A stretch of DNA of 64,000 nucleotides from a virus, in IMG/VR virus record IMGVR_UViG_3300012176_000002, positions 53,474-117,473 of that record; one strand, written 5' to 3'. A model generated the notes under the pieces. The model ran no database searches, was not told the origin of the DNA, and worked only from the letters and a program-made list of their open reading frames with translations. The position numbers and the translations under genes are program-made. Positions 20,837-30,401 of the stretch are shown here, in pieces; positions within the stretch are counted from its first letter, which is position 1; each line of letters begins with the position of its first letter.

Positions 20837-20910
20837 CGCGGGATGGAGCAGCTTGGAAGCTCGTTAGGTTCATTACCTAAAGGTCGCAGGTTCAAATCCC
20901 GCTCCCGCTA
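20837..20910 (+). tRNA. initiator-type tRNA-Met(CAT) with atypical anticodon arm
   Basis: CGCGGGA 5' end with C1:T72 mismatch; anticodon arm TTAGG-TT CAT TA-CCTAA; TTCAAAT T-loop. Confidence 0.88.
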
Positions 20911-20953
20911 CTCTCTCATAGAGAAATTCAAAATAAGAAAGAAGGTTTTTTAA

Positions 20954-21136
20954 ATAGTAAAAATTACAAAAAGTGAGTCTGTTATTTTGAGGAAGAAATT
21001 CCCACAATTTGTTGCAAGAAGTCATAGTCGGAACCCCCACTATTATTTGGTTGAACATCATCGTGCTTTAGCTGCCTTAGATTCACTTCGTAAAAGCCAA
21101 ATAGTCAAAACTGTATCGCAAATCTCAAAAAAATAA
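20954..21136 (+). CDS. small basic protein (60 aa), ATA start
   Basis: Read manually: MVKITKSESVILRKKFPQFVARSHSRNPHYYLVEHHRALAALDSLRK...; ATA directly after an in-frame TAA; GAAGG SD. Confidence 0.6.
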   Translation: MVKITKSESVILRKKFPQFVARSHSRNPHYYLVEHHRALAALDSLRKSQIVKTVSQISKK

Positions 21137-21160
21137 AAAATAGGAAGGTGGTTTTGTTGA

Positions 21161-22411
21161 TTGGAATATAAGCTATTCCTAGACACCAATGCTTTACTAA
21201 ATTTACAAGAAAATGCGTTTTTAGAGGAATTTGTAATTGCCCAAAAGACGCTAGAAGAAATCGAAAAAATTAAAACGGCTGCCAATAAGGACGCCGAGGT
21301 AAAATATAAAGCCAGAAATATAGCCCGGCTTTTGGATAAGAATCATGGAAAATATGTTGTTGTACCCTATAGTAAACCCGTTATAGATTATATATTAAAA
21401 GAATTTGGACTTACTGAGAGTCCAGATAACATAATTCTCGCGTCTGCCTATTATTACAACGCATTCACCAACATGATTTTATTGGTATCTGACGATGTAA
21501 ATGTTAGATTTTTATCGCGTGAAGTCTTCAAATTACCGACCCGTAGTAGCGGAGAAATCAACCTTATTAACGGGCAAGAGGTTTACCAAGGTTTCAAATC
21601 TTTAATATTATCAAATAATGAAATGAGTGATTTTTATACGCATATCTCAGATAATCTATATGGCTTATTGCCAAATCAATATTTAATAATTAAAACACCT
21701 AATGGAGAAATTGTAGATACCCTAAAATGGACAAATAATGGTTACAAAAAGGTATGTAATAAGACATTGAAATCATCCTTATTCGATGACAAAATCAAGC
21801 CAAAGGACGTTTATCAAGCATGCGCTATCGATTCTATACTATCCAATACCATTACTGCTATTTCAGGCAAGGCCGGTAGCGGGAAATCTTTATTATCTTT
21901 AGCATCAATTATGTATCTTATAGACTCAGGCAAATATGACAGAGCCGTTATAATGTTTAATCCCACGAAAGCAAAAGGCGCTTCCGATATGGGATATTAT
22001 AGCGGCAGCGCAACAGAAAAGGCAATGCAGAACTCTATCGGGGCAATGTTAACCACAAAATTCGGTGACAGATACGCCGTCGATATGTTATTGCAGCAAG
22101 AAAAAATCAAACTCATATCTATGGCCGATATTCGCGGAATGGAAATACGTGATAACGAGATTTTATATATCCCGGAATGCCAAAACACTTCAAAGGAGTT
22201 GCTAAAACTTTGTCTTTCGAGAGCAAGTAAAGATTGCAAGATTGTCTTGGAGGGCGACTTCAAAACACAGGTAGACTCTTATTTATTCGATGGTTGTAAT
22301 AACGGCATGGTGAGAGCGATTGAGGTACTAAAAGGAGAGCCGGAATTCGGGTATGTTGAGCTGCAGCAGGTGTGGCGCAGCCGGATCGCAGAGCTTGCGG
22401 ATAAGTTTTAA
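21161..22411 (+). CDS. phoH: PIN domain-PhoH family protein
   Basis: LDTN...DNxIL...SDD PIN motifs; GKAGSGKS Walker A; RGM, ECQN, EGDFKTQVD, RSRIAELA. Confidence 0.9.
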   Translation: MEYKLFLDTNALLNLQENAFLEEFVIAQKTLEEIEKIKTAANKDAEVKYKARNIARLLDKNHGKYVVVPYSKPVIDYILKEFGLTESPDNIILASAYYYNAFTNMILLVSDDVNVRFLSREVFKLPTRSSGEINLINGQEVYQGFKSLILSNNEMSDFYTHISDNLYGLLPNQYLIIKTPNGEIVDTLKWTNNGYKKVCNKTLKSSLFDDKIKPKDVYQACAIDSILSNTITAISGKAGSGKSLLSLASIMYLIDSGKYDRAVIMFNPTKAKGASDMGYYSGSATEKAMQNSIGAMLTTKFGDRYAVDMLLQQEKIKLISMADIRGMEIRDNEILYIPECQNTSKELLKLCLSRASKDCKIVLEGDFKTQVDSYLFDGCNNGMVRAIEVLKGEPEFGYVELQQVWRSRIAELADKF

Positions 22412-22421
22412 GGAGAAAAAA

Positions 22422-22664
22422 ATGAAGAGATATATCTTTGGCTTAATCAGTGGGGCTGTAATTATCCCAATTATTGAAGAACTAATGCCAGTTGTATCAT
22501 CGTATATCGAAGTTCTAAAGTTACATCCAACAAAGGTGATAGAGAAGGGAAATCGGGAAATTCAAGAACTTCGCAGTGATAAGACTGTAAATACAAATCG
22601 TATTGGCTTCTTAGCCGATAAAGAAACAAAGGAAGATGACTTAGAAGGTGGGTGTGAAAAATAG
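22422..22664 (+). CDS. small membrane-anchored hypothetical protein
   Basis: AAGGAG SD; hydrophobic N-terminus. Confidence 0.65.
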   Translation: MKRYIFGLISGAVIIPIIEELMPVVSSYIEVLKLHPTKVIEKGNREIQELRSDKTVNTNRIGFLADKETKEDDLEGGCEK

Positions 22665-22678
22665 TTGTATATAAAAGT

Positions 22679-23974
22679 TTGCAATATGATGAAGATCTAG
22701 CGGATAAAATTTCTGAATACAAACAATGGTATGATGAATTAAAAACGGAAAATTTAGATTTAAGCAGAAAAAAATTAGAAGGAAAACTGGTTTATCGAGT
22801 ATGTTCTGATAAGAATATTATTGGCTCTTGGGACGATGTAACCTATATACTGAACGTCTTGCAAAATGAGAAATATACCGAATCAAAATATAGGAAGCAG
22901 TATGGAGAACTTAAAAAAAAGCCCTTAACTGATGAATATGAATTTTCAAAAGATGATATTACTCTGAAAGAAATACAAAAACCAAAAGACAATGATTATC
23001 TTCAAGAGATCCAGAAACAAAAAGACGAATTATATAAAATAAAACGACAAATTTCTGACCAGCGCAGAGAATATAATAAGTTACTTATATTAGATGCGAG
23101 AGCAGAGCATCTAATGGAAGAAATGATCGGGGTAGCCAAAAAACTTAATGATGAAATGCCCCTAAATTTCAATAATTACATTTCATGCGTATCTAAAAAG
23201 GAAGCTGCATTATTTTGTGCTGATTGGCATTATGGTATGACCACTGATAATATCTGGAATCAATTCAATACAAGTATCTGTAAAGATCGCGTCATTTACC
23301 TCACTAACCAAGTTAAGGAATTTGTATTACTAAATAAAGTAAATACCATACATTTAGTGCTGCTTGGGGATATGGCTCATGGAGCTATACATACTTCAGC
23401 CAGAGTCGCGTCAGAGGAAGATACATGCGATCAAATCATGCACGTATCAGAGATTTTAGCACAAATGATAAATGAAATATCCAGCAGCGTAAACAAAGTG
23501 AAGGTTTATTCTTGTTACGGCAATCATTTAAGAACCATACAGAATAAAAAAGAAAGCGTCCATTCGGATAATATGGAAAAAATGATTCCATGGTGGCTGA
23601 GTTGGAGACTCAAAGAAAACACAAAGGTTTCAATCATTGAATCAGAATTTAAGGAGTTTACAAAATTAAATATTCTTGGCTCAAATATCTGTTGCGTTCA
23701 TGGGGATCTGGATAATATTAAGAAACTTGGGACTGATGTAAATACATTATTTACAAAATTATATGGCGAAACGATTGATTATGCCATATCCGCAGACAAG
23801 CATCATTTAGAAGAATTTGAGAGTTTTGGTATCGAGAACATCCTTGTTAGATCATTGTGTGGAACGGATGATCATGCGAATGGAAAGCGGCTGTATTCAA
23901 CAGCAGGACAATCCCTCATGATATTTAATGATGATTGTGGGCGCGAGTGTACTTATAATATTAAGTTCACATAA
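22679..23974 (+). CDS. calcineurin-like metallophosphoesterase
   Basis: DWHYG, GDMAHG, GNH, VHGD, DKHH motifs; start may be ATA at 22661. Confidence 0.88.
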   Translation: MQYDEDLADKISEYKQWYDELKTENLDLSRKKLEGKLVYRVCSDKNIIGSWDDVTYILNVLQNEKYTESKYRKQYGELKKKPLTDEYEFSKDDITLKEIQKPKDNDYLQEIQKQKDELYKIKRQISDQRREYNKLLILDARAEHLMEEMIGVAKKLNDEMPLNFNNYISCVSKKEAALFCADWHYGMTTDNIWNQFNTSICKDRVIYLTNQVKEFVLLNKVNTIHLVLLGDMAHGAIHTSARVASEEDTCDQIMHVSEILAQMINEISSSVNKVKVYSCYGNHLRTIQNKKESVHSDNMEKMIPWWLSWRLKENTKVSIIESEFKEFTKLNILGSNICCVHGDLDNIKKLGTDVNTLFTKLYGETIDYAISADKHHLEEFESFGIENILVRSLCGTDDHANGKRLYSTAGQSLMIFNDDCGRECTYNIKFT

Positions 23975-24021
23975 CGGGGAGGGGCACTCTCCTATTTTTG
24001 TGCAAAGAAAGGTGAAAATTT

Positions 24022-24168
24022 TTGATAGACAATTACGAGAAGATTACAAAAATAATATCTCTAACCGCAGACGAAGTAGAATTATTGGTTGAAATGCTTG
24101 AGTGCAAACCGGCAGTGTGTCGCTGTGAGGAGATCACAATAGAAGGATTACTGGAAAAGCTAGAATAA
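24022..24168 (+). CDS. small hypothetical protein (48 aa)
   Basis: Read manually; AAAGGTG SD and TTG start. Confidence 0.5.
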   Translation: MIDNYEKITKIISLTADEVELLVEMLECKPAVCRCEEITIEGLLEKLE

Positions 24169-24201
24169 CTTAAAAAATATATAGGAAAGTGAGGTGAACA
24201 G

Positions 24202-25239
24202 ATGGCAAGAAGTACCGTATATAACAATATTACGAATAATGACAAGTTAAAACTTATTAATCATGAGAACAAGCAACTTGGAGATGATTGGTTAGAATAT
24301 TTACAGTCAATAGATAGATCGCCTCAATCCATTGTCGGATATCGATCAGATTTAAATATATTCTGGGTTTGGAATTATGAATTCAACAACAATAAATTTT
24401 TTACAAAAATTACCAAGCGCGAAATTGCAAAATTCCAAAATCATGCTATTAATACATGGGGATGGAGCCCTAACAGAATAAGGCGTGTTAAATCTTGCCT
24501 ATCCTCCCTCTCAAATTATATAGAAAATGTGCTAGATGATGAAGAAGAATTCGAAAATTACCGGCCTATTATCCGTAAAATAGAAAACCCTAATAAGGAA
24601 GTTGTCAGAGAAAAGACTATAATTCCCGATGAGATGGTCGATCATCTTCTAAATACTCTTATAGAGAAGAAAAAATACGAAAGGGCTTGTGCTGTTGCTA
24701 TCGCCGCCTATTCTGGTATGAGAATATCGGAATTACTTAAAATGAAAATATCTTATTTTGATGATGAGCATTTTGTTTATGACGCAATGTGGAAAACTGA
24801 TAAAATTCGGACAAAAGGCTTTGGAAAGCTTGGGAAGCCTTTAAATAAATTTATTTTATATGGAGCAAAACCTTATATAGATCTATGGCTGGAAGAACGT
24901 AAAGTAAAAGGAATTGAAAGTGAATATCTATTTGTTTCAAAAAGAAAAATTTCAGATGACAAGTATGAATGGAATGCCCGTCAAGATATAAGTCATTGGG
25001 CAGAAGAATTTACAGATATTATTGGTGATGATTTTTATTTTCACTGCATGAGGCACTATACATGCACACGCTTGCATAGAATGAATCTTCCATCTCATGT
25101 TATACAAGAATTCTTTGGCTGGAGTAGTTCGGAAATGTTAAGGATTTACAATGATCTCACCGCAGAAGATGAATTTGGAAAATATTTTGACAAAGATGGC
25201 GTCAAAGAAGTAAAACAAGGGAGTTTCACAGATATATAG
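24202..25239 (+). CDS. tyrosine recombinase (phage integrase family)
   Basis: SGMRISELL, KTKG-like RTKG, FHCMRH, C-terminal Y (LRIYND). Confidence 0.9.
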   Translation: MARSTVYNNITNNDKLKLINHENKQLGDDWLEYLQSIDRSPQSIVGYRSDLNIFWVWNYEFNNNKFFTKITKREIAKFQNHAINTWGWSPNRIRRVKSCLSSLSNYIENVLDDEEEFENYRPIIRKIENPNKEVVREKTIIPDEMVDHLLNTLIEKKKYERACAVAIAAYSGMRISELLKMKISYFDDEHFVYDAMWKTDKIRTKGFGKLGKPLNKFILYGAKPYIDLWLEERKVKGIESEYLFVSKRKISDDKYEWNARQDISHWAEEFTDIIGDDFYFHCMRHYTCTRLHRMNLPSHVIQEFFGWSSSEMLRIYNDLTAEDEFGKYFDKDGVKEVKQGSFTDI

Positions 25240-25268
25240 AATCAGTATTTCAAAGGAGAAGAATCTAA

Positions 25269-25604
25269 ATGATAGAATTAAACGATGTGGTTAAATATAT
25301 AGAAACCAAAAACGAGATCCAATTGTATGACTACCAAAAAGAGTTTTTGAAACATATTATCAGAGGCGACACCATATATACGACGCGATGCGCTGGTAGA
25401 AGTACTCTTTACAACGGATATGCCGATTATTTAAAGGAAAAAATAGCGAAGTCTACTGATTATTCGGTTGGCGCGAAAGGATACAATAAAATATTTACAT
25501 ATCACGATGTTGCGCAGGAGATGCCATATCCTGAAGATCTCTTTGAGGAACTAGGTTTATTTGATACAGATTTTTTTGAGAAAGAGTTTAACTGTAATTT
25601 TTAA
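25269..25604 (+). CDS. hypothetical protein resembling a terminase/helicase N-terminal fragment
   Basis: LYDYQKEFL Q-motif and degenerate P-loop TTRCAGRS. Confidence 0.55.
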   Translation: MIELNDVVKYIETKNEIQLYDYQKEFLKHIIRGDTIYTTRCAGRSTLYNGYADYLKEKIAKSTDYSVGAKGYNKIFTYHDVAQEMPYPEDLFEELGLFDTDFFEKEFNCNF

Positions 25605-25787
25605 AGAGATAATGGGTGGAGGAGAAAACTCTTCTCCACTTTTGGTTAAATTCAAATATGTGATTTTACGCTCACCGTCAGAATTCAAATAAATTGACGG
25701 GCTCAAATATTTTTTTGCTTTAGAAGGAACTGCATTAGTGGTATGGCAAAGGGACTGATGGTACTCAGTCCTTTTGTTATTTTATTT

Positions 25788-25859
25788 GCACTAGTAATTT
25801 AATGGATAAAATCCCAGACTTCCACTCTGGTCATGAGAGTTCGATTCTCTTCTAGTGCT
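25788..25859 (+). tRNA. tRNA-Gly(TCC), no encoded CCA
   Basis: Acceptor GCACTAG/CTAGTGC; anticodon arm CCAGA-CT TCC AC-TCTGG; TTCGATT T-loop; U discriminator. Confidence 0.88.
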
Positions 25860-25886
25860 TTTAAAAAATTGAAAGGGGGTGGGTAT

Positions 25887-26894
25887 TTGTCTCAACCAAA
25901 AAAATCTAAAGAAAAAATGATTATTGAATCTATGAATTTACCAAAAACAATAGATGCGACTGTTGAATTTAAAATACCAAGAGCAACGGTTCAGTATGAC
26001 CAAATGAAACATAATTTTAAATGCTCATGTTGCGGGGGGGGATTTAATTCCCAAAAACAAAACTTTCAAAAGTCAAATAGCCCACTCTTCCAATCAAATG
26101 ATGGATACTTACCTTGGTGCAAAAGTTGTACAGATAAATACATGGTAATTATTACTGGACTTTATTCTAATAATGAAGAACATGCTATTGAGCATTTTTG
26201 TATTCAGGCAGATTGGGTTTATGACGTTGAACCGTTAAAATGTGCACGAGAAATATCATCGGATAGAAGTAGAATATCTCATTATGCTGCCAAAAAGAAT
26301 TTAAATGTTGGTGGAAGAAAAACATACTTTGATACTTTGAAATTTAACTATGAACAAAAACAAGAATCTGTAATAACATCTCGTGAGCAAGCAAAATCGG
26401 AAGATTCTACTATTACCGCTTCTGCCATTGATAGATGGGGTGTCGGATTTAACGAAGTTGATTATAAAAACCTTGATGAACACTATCGTATGCTCAAGAA
26501 AAACAATCCAAACTGCGATAATAATCAGGAAATATTTATTAAGTCACTCTGTAGCATTAATATGTTGATGGTTAGATCATTAAAAAACGGAGATTCTGAT
26601 CAGTATGTAAAATTAACTGAACAGTATAGTAAAACATTTACAAAAGCGGGACTAAAAACAATACAAGAAACAGATAACAGTGCAGATGAGTGTTTAGGAG
26701 TAACACTTGCCACTATATCTCAGTATACACCAGAAGAATATTACAAAGATCGAAGTTTATATAAGGATTTTGATGGACTTGGTGATTATTTTGACCGCTT
26801 TGTAAAGCGACCATTAAAAAACCTAATGACAGGATCTACAGAAAGAGATTATGAATATTATGTAAAAGATAAAGCTGGTGATTTAGATGAATAA
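25887..26894 (+). CDS. putative terminase small subunit / packaging-associated zinc-binding protein
   Basis: CSCCG and WCKSC motifs; directly upstream of and overlapping terL; start moved to TTG 25887. Confidence 0.6.
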   Translation: MSQPKKSKEKMIIESMNLPKTIDATVEFKIPRATVQYDQMKHNFKCSCCGGGFNSQKQNFQKSNSPLFQSNDGYLPWCKSCTDKYMVIITGLYSNNEEHAIEHFCIQADWVYDVEPLKCAREISSDRSRISHYAAKKNLNVGGRKTYFDTLKFNYEQKQESVITSREQAKSEDSTITASAIDRWGVGFNEVDYKNLDEHYRMLKKNNPNCDNNQEIFIKSLCSINMLMVRSLKNGDSDQYVKLTEQYSKTFTKAGLKTIQETDNSADECLGVTLATISQYTPEEYYKDRSLYKDFDGLGDYFDRFVKRPLKNLMTGSTERDYEYYVKDKAGDLDE

Positions 26895-28692
26895 TGACTA
26901 TGCTGATGAGCGTCAAAAAAATCTATATAAGAAATTTCCGTCAACTCACTTTTTAAGCAATCCAACACATTTAAATAATACATATTTATGGTGTACGTTT
27001 TTTCGTAGAAATCTACACAGACTAGCTATTGACTACCTTGGTATAAAATTACATCTATATCAACAACTCATATTATATTTAATGGGTATTTCGCAATTGA
27101 TTGTAATTGTTGCTTGTCGAGCAGCTGCCAAGTCATTTATTATTGCGCTATATGCTTGTTGCAAGGCTATAGCAAAACCAAATAGCAAAATTGTTCTTGG
27201 CTCTGCTACTAGAGGTCAAAGTAAATTAATCATAACTGAGAAAATCAAAAATGAATTAATGAATATGTCACCAGCTCTTCGAAAAGAAATCCGTGATATA
27301 AAAGATAGTGCAAATGAATCTATTGTATATTTTAAAAATGGTTCAACTATAAAGGTGTTTACTGCTAATCAATTTGCTAGAGGCTTGAGATCAACAGATG
27401 CGGTTAGAGAAGAATTTCGGCAAATCGATAAAAATGTAGATGATAGTGTAATTTCTCCATTTCAAACAATTCGGCAAGCTCCTTATATGATTGATCCTTA
27501 TTACTCTTCTATTGAAGACTTAAAAGAAGATCCTATAGACATATATATTAGTTCATCTTGGTTTGATGATTCAAGCCATTGGATGTGGGCGGTAGTTGAC
27601 CAAGCATATAATGATATGTTAGCTGGTGGAAGATCTGCTATGCTTGGATTTGATGAAAGCATTACATTGAAACATAACATAAGAACGCAAAGGCAAATGC
27701 AGCAAGAAAAGAAAAAACAAGATCCTATGACGTGGGCAATTGAATTTTTAAATTTAAGAGTCAGGAATAATGCTTCTGCTTTCTTTACATATTCTATGTT
27801 AACTAATACTCAAAAACTGAGGCAAGTTTTTTATCCAAAAAATAATTTAGACGCAAAATTCCGAAAGAAAAATAAATATGCTATTCCCAAACAAAAGGAA
27901 GAGATTAGAGTTGTGTCATGTGATATTGCTTTTGTTAAAGGAAAACAGAATGATAATTCCATATATGCTTGCATACGGGGGATACCAGAATCACTTACAT
28001 ATGAAACTGATAATTCTGAAGTTGAGGTAAAACAAGGATATAAACGTCAATATCCGTATCTGGAATCTAATCAGCTTGGAGATACTACCAAACAAGCGAT
28101 CCGAATAAGACAGCTCTATGAAGATTGGGAGGCAGACTATATTGTTCTTGATTGTCGTAATGGTGGATTGCAAATTCTTTACACGTTAGGCAAAACATTA
28201 TATGACGAAGAACGTGGGATAGAATATTCTCCACTAAAGTGTATGAACAACGATGTTTATGCTGATGTTGTTAAAAATCCAAATGCGCCAGCAGTAATAT
28301 ATGAAATCAATGCAACCCAGCGGTTAAACAGCGATATAGCTTATAATTTCAGACGTTCTCTTGTAGAACATAGAATGGAGTTATTGGTAAATTACAATAC
28401 TGCAAAGGAAGATATTTTAAATGAAAACAAGGAGTATCTAGATGAGTTTGATATCGATTTACAATTAGAATATGAAAAACCATTTTTAGAGACCCAGGCT
28501 ATGATAAGTGAATGTGCGGAATTACTATATGAAAAGCACCCACAAACAGGAGCAATTAAGGTATATGAACAAGGCAGCAATCGAAAGGATCGATATACGG
28601 CCTGTAGCTATGGTTCTTATTTTTATGATCAATTAGAACTTGATTTATTGGGATCTGATTTGGATTATGATTATTGTTGTATATGTGACTAA
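26887..28692 (+). CDS. terminase large subunit
   Basis: ACRAAAKS Walker A, RG..REE Walker B region, DIA, LDCR and KDRYTA nuclease motifs. Confidence 0.9.
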   Translation: MNNDYADERQKNLYKKFPSTHFLSNPTHLNNTYLWCTFFRRNLHRLAIDYLGIKLHLYQQLILYLMGISQLIVIVACRAAAKSFIIALYACCKAIAKPNSKIVLGSATRGQSKLIITEKIKNELMNMSPALRKEIRDIKDSANESIVYFKNGSTIKVFTANQFARGLRSTDAVREEFRQIDKNVDDSVISPFQTIRQAPYMIDPYYSSIEDLKEDPIDIYISSSWFDDSSHWMWAVVDQAYNDMLAGGRSAMLGFDESITLKHNIRTQRQMQQEKKKQDPMTWAIEFLNLRVRNNASAFFTYSMLTNTQKLRQVFYPKNNLDAKFRKKNKYAIPKQKEEIRVVSCDIAFVKGKQNDNSIYACIRGIPESLTYETDNSEVEVKQGYKRQYPYLESNQLGDTTKQAIRIRQLYEDWEADYIVLDCRNGGLQILYTLGKTLYDEERGIEYSPLKCMNNDVYADVVKNPNAPAVIYEINATQRLNSDIAYNFRRSLVEHRMELLVNYNTAKEDILNENKEYLDEFDIDLQLEYEKPFLETQAMISECAELLYEKHPQTGAIKVYEQGSNRKDRYTACSYGSYFYDQLELDLLGSDLDYDYCCICD

Positions 28693-28708
28693 AGAAAGGA
28701 GATGGAAA

Positions 28709-30337
28709 ATGCCAGAAGAAATAAAGAAAAAGCGTGGTAGACCTCGCAAAAATCCAGTGGTAGAGACTAATGATTCATATTCCTCTCCTACTGATATTGA
28801 AAAGACAAATGAATTTAACAGTTATACTGACACAATATTGTTTAATTCTATTTTTAAATGCGGAGTATATGACTATTTCTCAAAGGATGAAATTGATGCC
28901 GTCTTAAGAAATCCTATAGCAAATCACGAAACTGCCATACGCCTGTCTGAGTTTGTCTACGGTAAAAGTGGTATTGTTAGCAATTCTATAGATTATATGG
29001 TTGCTCTAATGACATTAGATAGAATTGTTGTCTCTAAAGACAATAAACCAAGATCTAAAACACTAAAGGAATTAATGAATTCTACACTGAGCAATATAGA
29101 TGATAAATCGTTTTTGCGAGACGCACTTTTTACGGAAATGTTAGATGGAATCGCTTTCTATTATTTTGAAACCACTGAGAGAAGTACCGATAAAACAAAA
29201 TTTCTTTCAGATTATGAAGTAGAAAATATCATTGAAATCAACGAATTAGGTATAAATGCATCAATCATCACCCTACCATGGAAATATACAAAGATTATTG
29301 GCAAAAAAAACAATCGTTTTGTATTGGCTTTTAATTTAAAATATTTTAATGATTATACAGGCGAGGACTTAACTAGAAAATTAAGAAAATATCCTAAAGA
29401 AATAGTAGATGGTTATCATGCCAGAAAAGTATCTAGTAATGGAGATTGGCTGGTTCTTGACAATAACAAGACAATGTGCCGAAAAATAAAATGTAAAAAC
29501 GCCGAAGCATGGGGAAGAAGTTTAATTATCGCTGCTTTATCAGATGTCCTTTATAAAGACTATTTTATTGACACAAAACGTAACGTTTTGGATGAAATAA
29601 ATAATAAGATAATATATGAAACATTTCCCGAAGGGAAGGACAAGGGCTCTTGTGCTCTCACGGCCAAACAGCAGCAGGATCAGCATGACAAGATAAAACA
29701 AGCCGTCATTAATAAAAATAATCGTAGTGGTACGAGCTTCTTTAGTGTGGCCGCTGGAACTAAATTAGACAAAATGGATGTTGGTGTTGATATCTTTGAT
29801 CAGAAAAATGAGTCTGATTTAAATAGTCAAATCGCTTTAGATTTAGGTATATGCGCATCATTGATCGGGGCAATGAGTACAGGTACATTTGCAGGCGGTC
29901 AGCAAAACTTGGAAATGATCACATCCCAAATTTATACTTGGGTGTGTGAGTGGAAAAACGAATTGGTTCACGTAATAAATAAAAATATTATTAAAGATAA
30001 TAAGAATATGATTGATATTTATTATTTCCCAACCTCTTTTGTTAATAGAAAACAATTCTTTGAGATGATGAAAACGCTATACACATCTGCCAGTGGTTCT
30101 TTAACTTTTCTTATTGCAGCCAGTGGCGTTGATCCGGATACATATTTATCAGTTATGGATTATGAAATTGATGAAGGGTATTTTGAGAAATATTTACCGC
30201 ATCAAACAAGTTCAACTATTTCAAAAAACGATACTGTTGGCGGCAGACCTGGGATTGACAGTCCAACCAACGAAAATACGATTGCAAGCAAGACCAATAA
30301 TGGTAATGGTATTCCTAGCCCAAGTGACAATAAGTAA
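28709..30337 (+). CDS. portal protein (SPbeta-like)
   Basis: Position after terL, size about 540 aa; start after AAGGAG. Confidence 0.78.
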   Translation: MPEEIKKKRGRPRKNPVVETNDSYSSPTDIEKTNEFNSYTDTILFNSIFKCGVYDYFSKDEIDAVLRNPIANHETAIRLSEFVYGKSGIVSNSIDYMVALMTLDRIVVSKDNKPRSKTLKELMNSTLSNIDDKSFLRDALFTEMLDGIAFYYFETTERSTDKTKFLSDYEVENIIEINELGINASIITLPWKYTKIIGKKNNRFVLAFNLKYFNDYTGEDLTRKLRKYPKEIVDGYHARKVSSNGDWLVLDNNKTMCRKIKCKNAEAWGRSLIIAALSDVLYKDYFIDTKRNVLDEINNKIIYETFPEGKDKGSCALTAKQQQDQHDKIKQAVINKNNRSGTSFFSVAAGTKLDKMDVGVDIFDQKNESDLNSQIALDLGICASLIGAMSTGTFAGGQQNLEMITSQIYTWVCEWKNELVHVINKNIIKDNKNMIDIYYFPTSFVNRKQFFEMMKTLYTSASGSLTFLIAASGVDPDTYLSVMDYEIDEGYFEKYLPHQTSSTISKNDTVGGRPGIDSPTNENTIASKTNNGNGIPSPSDNK

Positions 30338-30401
30338 ATATTAGTAATTAGAGAGTGAATAAATCACTCTCTTTTTATATATCAAAAGGAGGATAAAAAC
30401 A

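Noticed and set aside
20971-21088. Possible ncRNA or tmRNA-like element (10-bp long-range pairing and GCTTTAGCTGCC)
   Set aside because: A continuous 60-codon ORF (20954-21136) with an SD explains the region better, and there is no tRNA-like domain
24202-25859. Prophage boundary (att site) at the recombinase and tRNA-Gly
   Set aside because: Phage genes continue co-directionally on both sides and no duplicated tRNA 3' end is visible in the window
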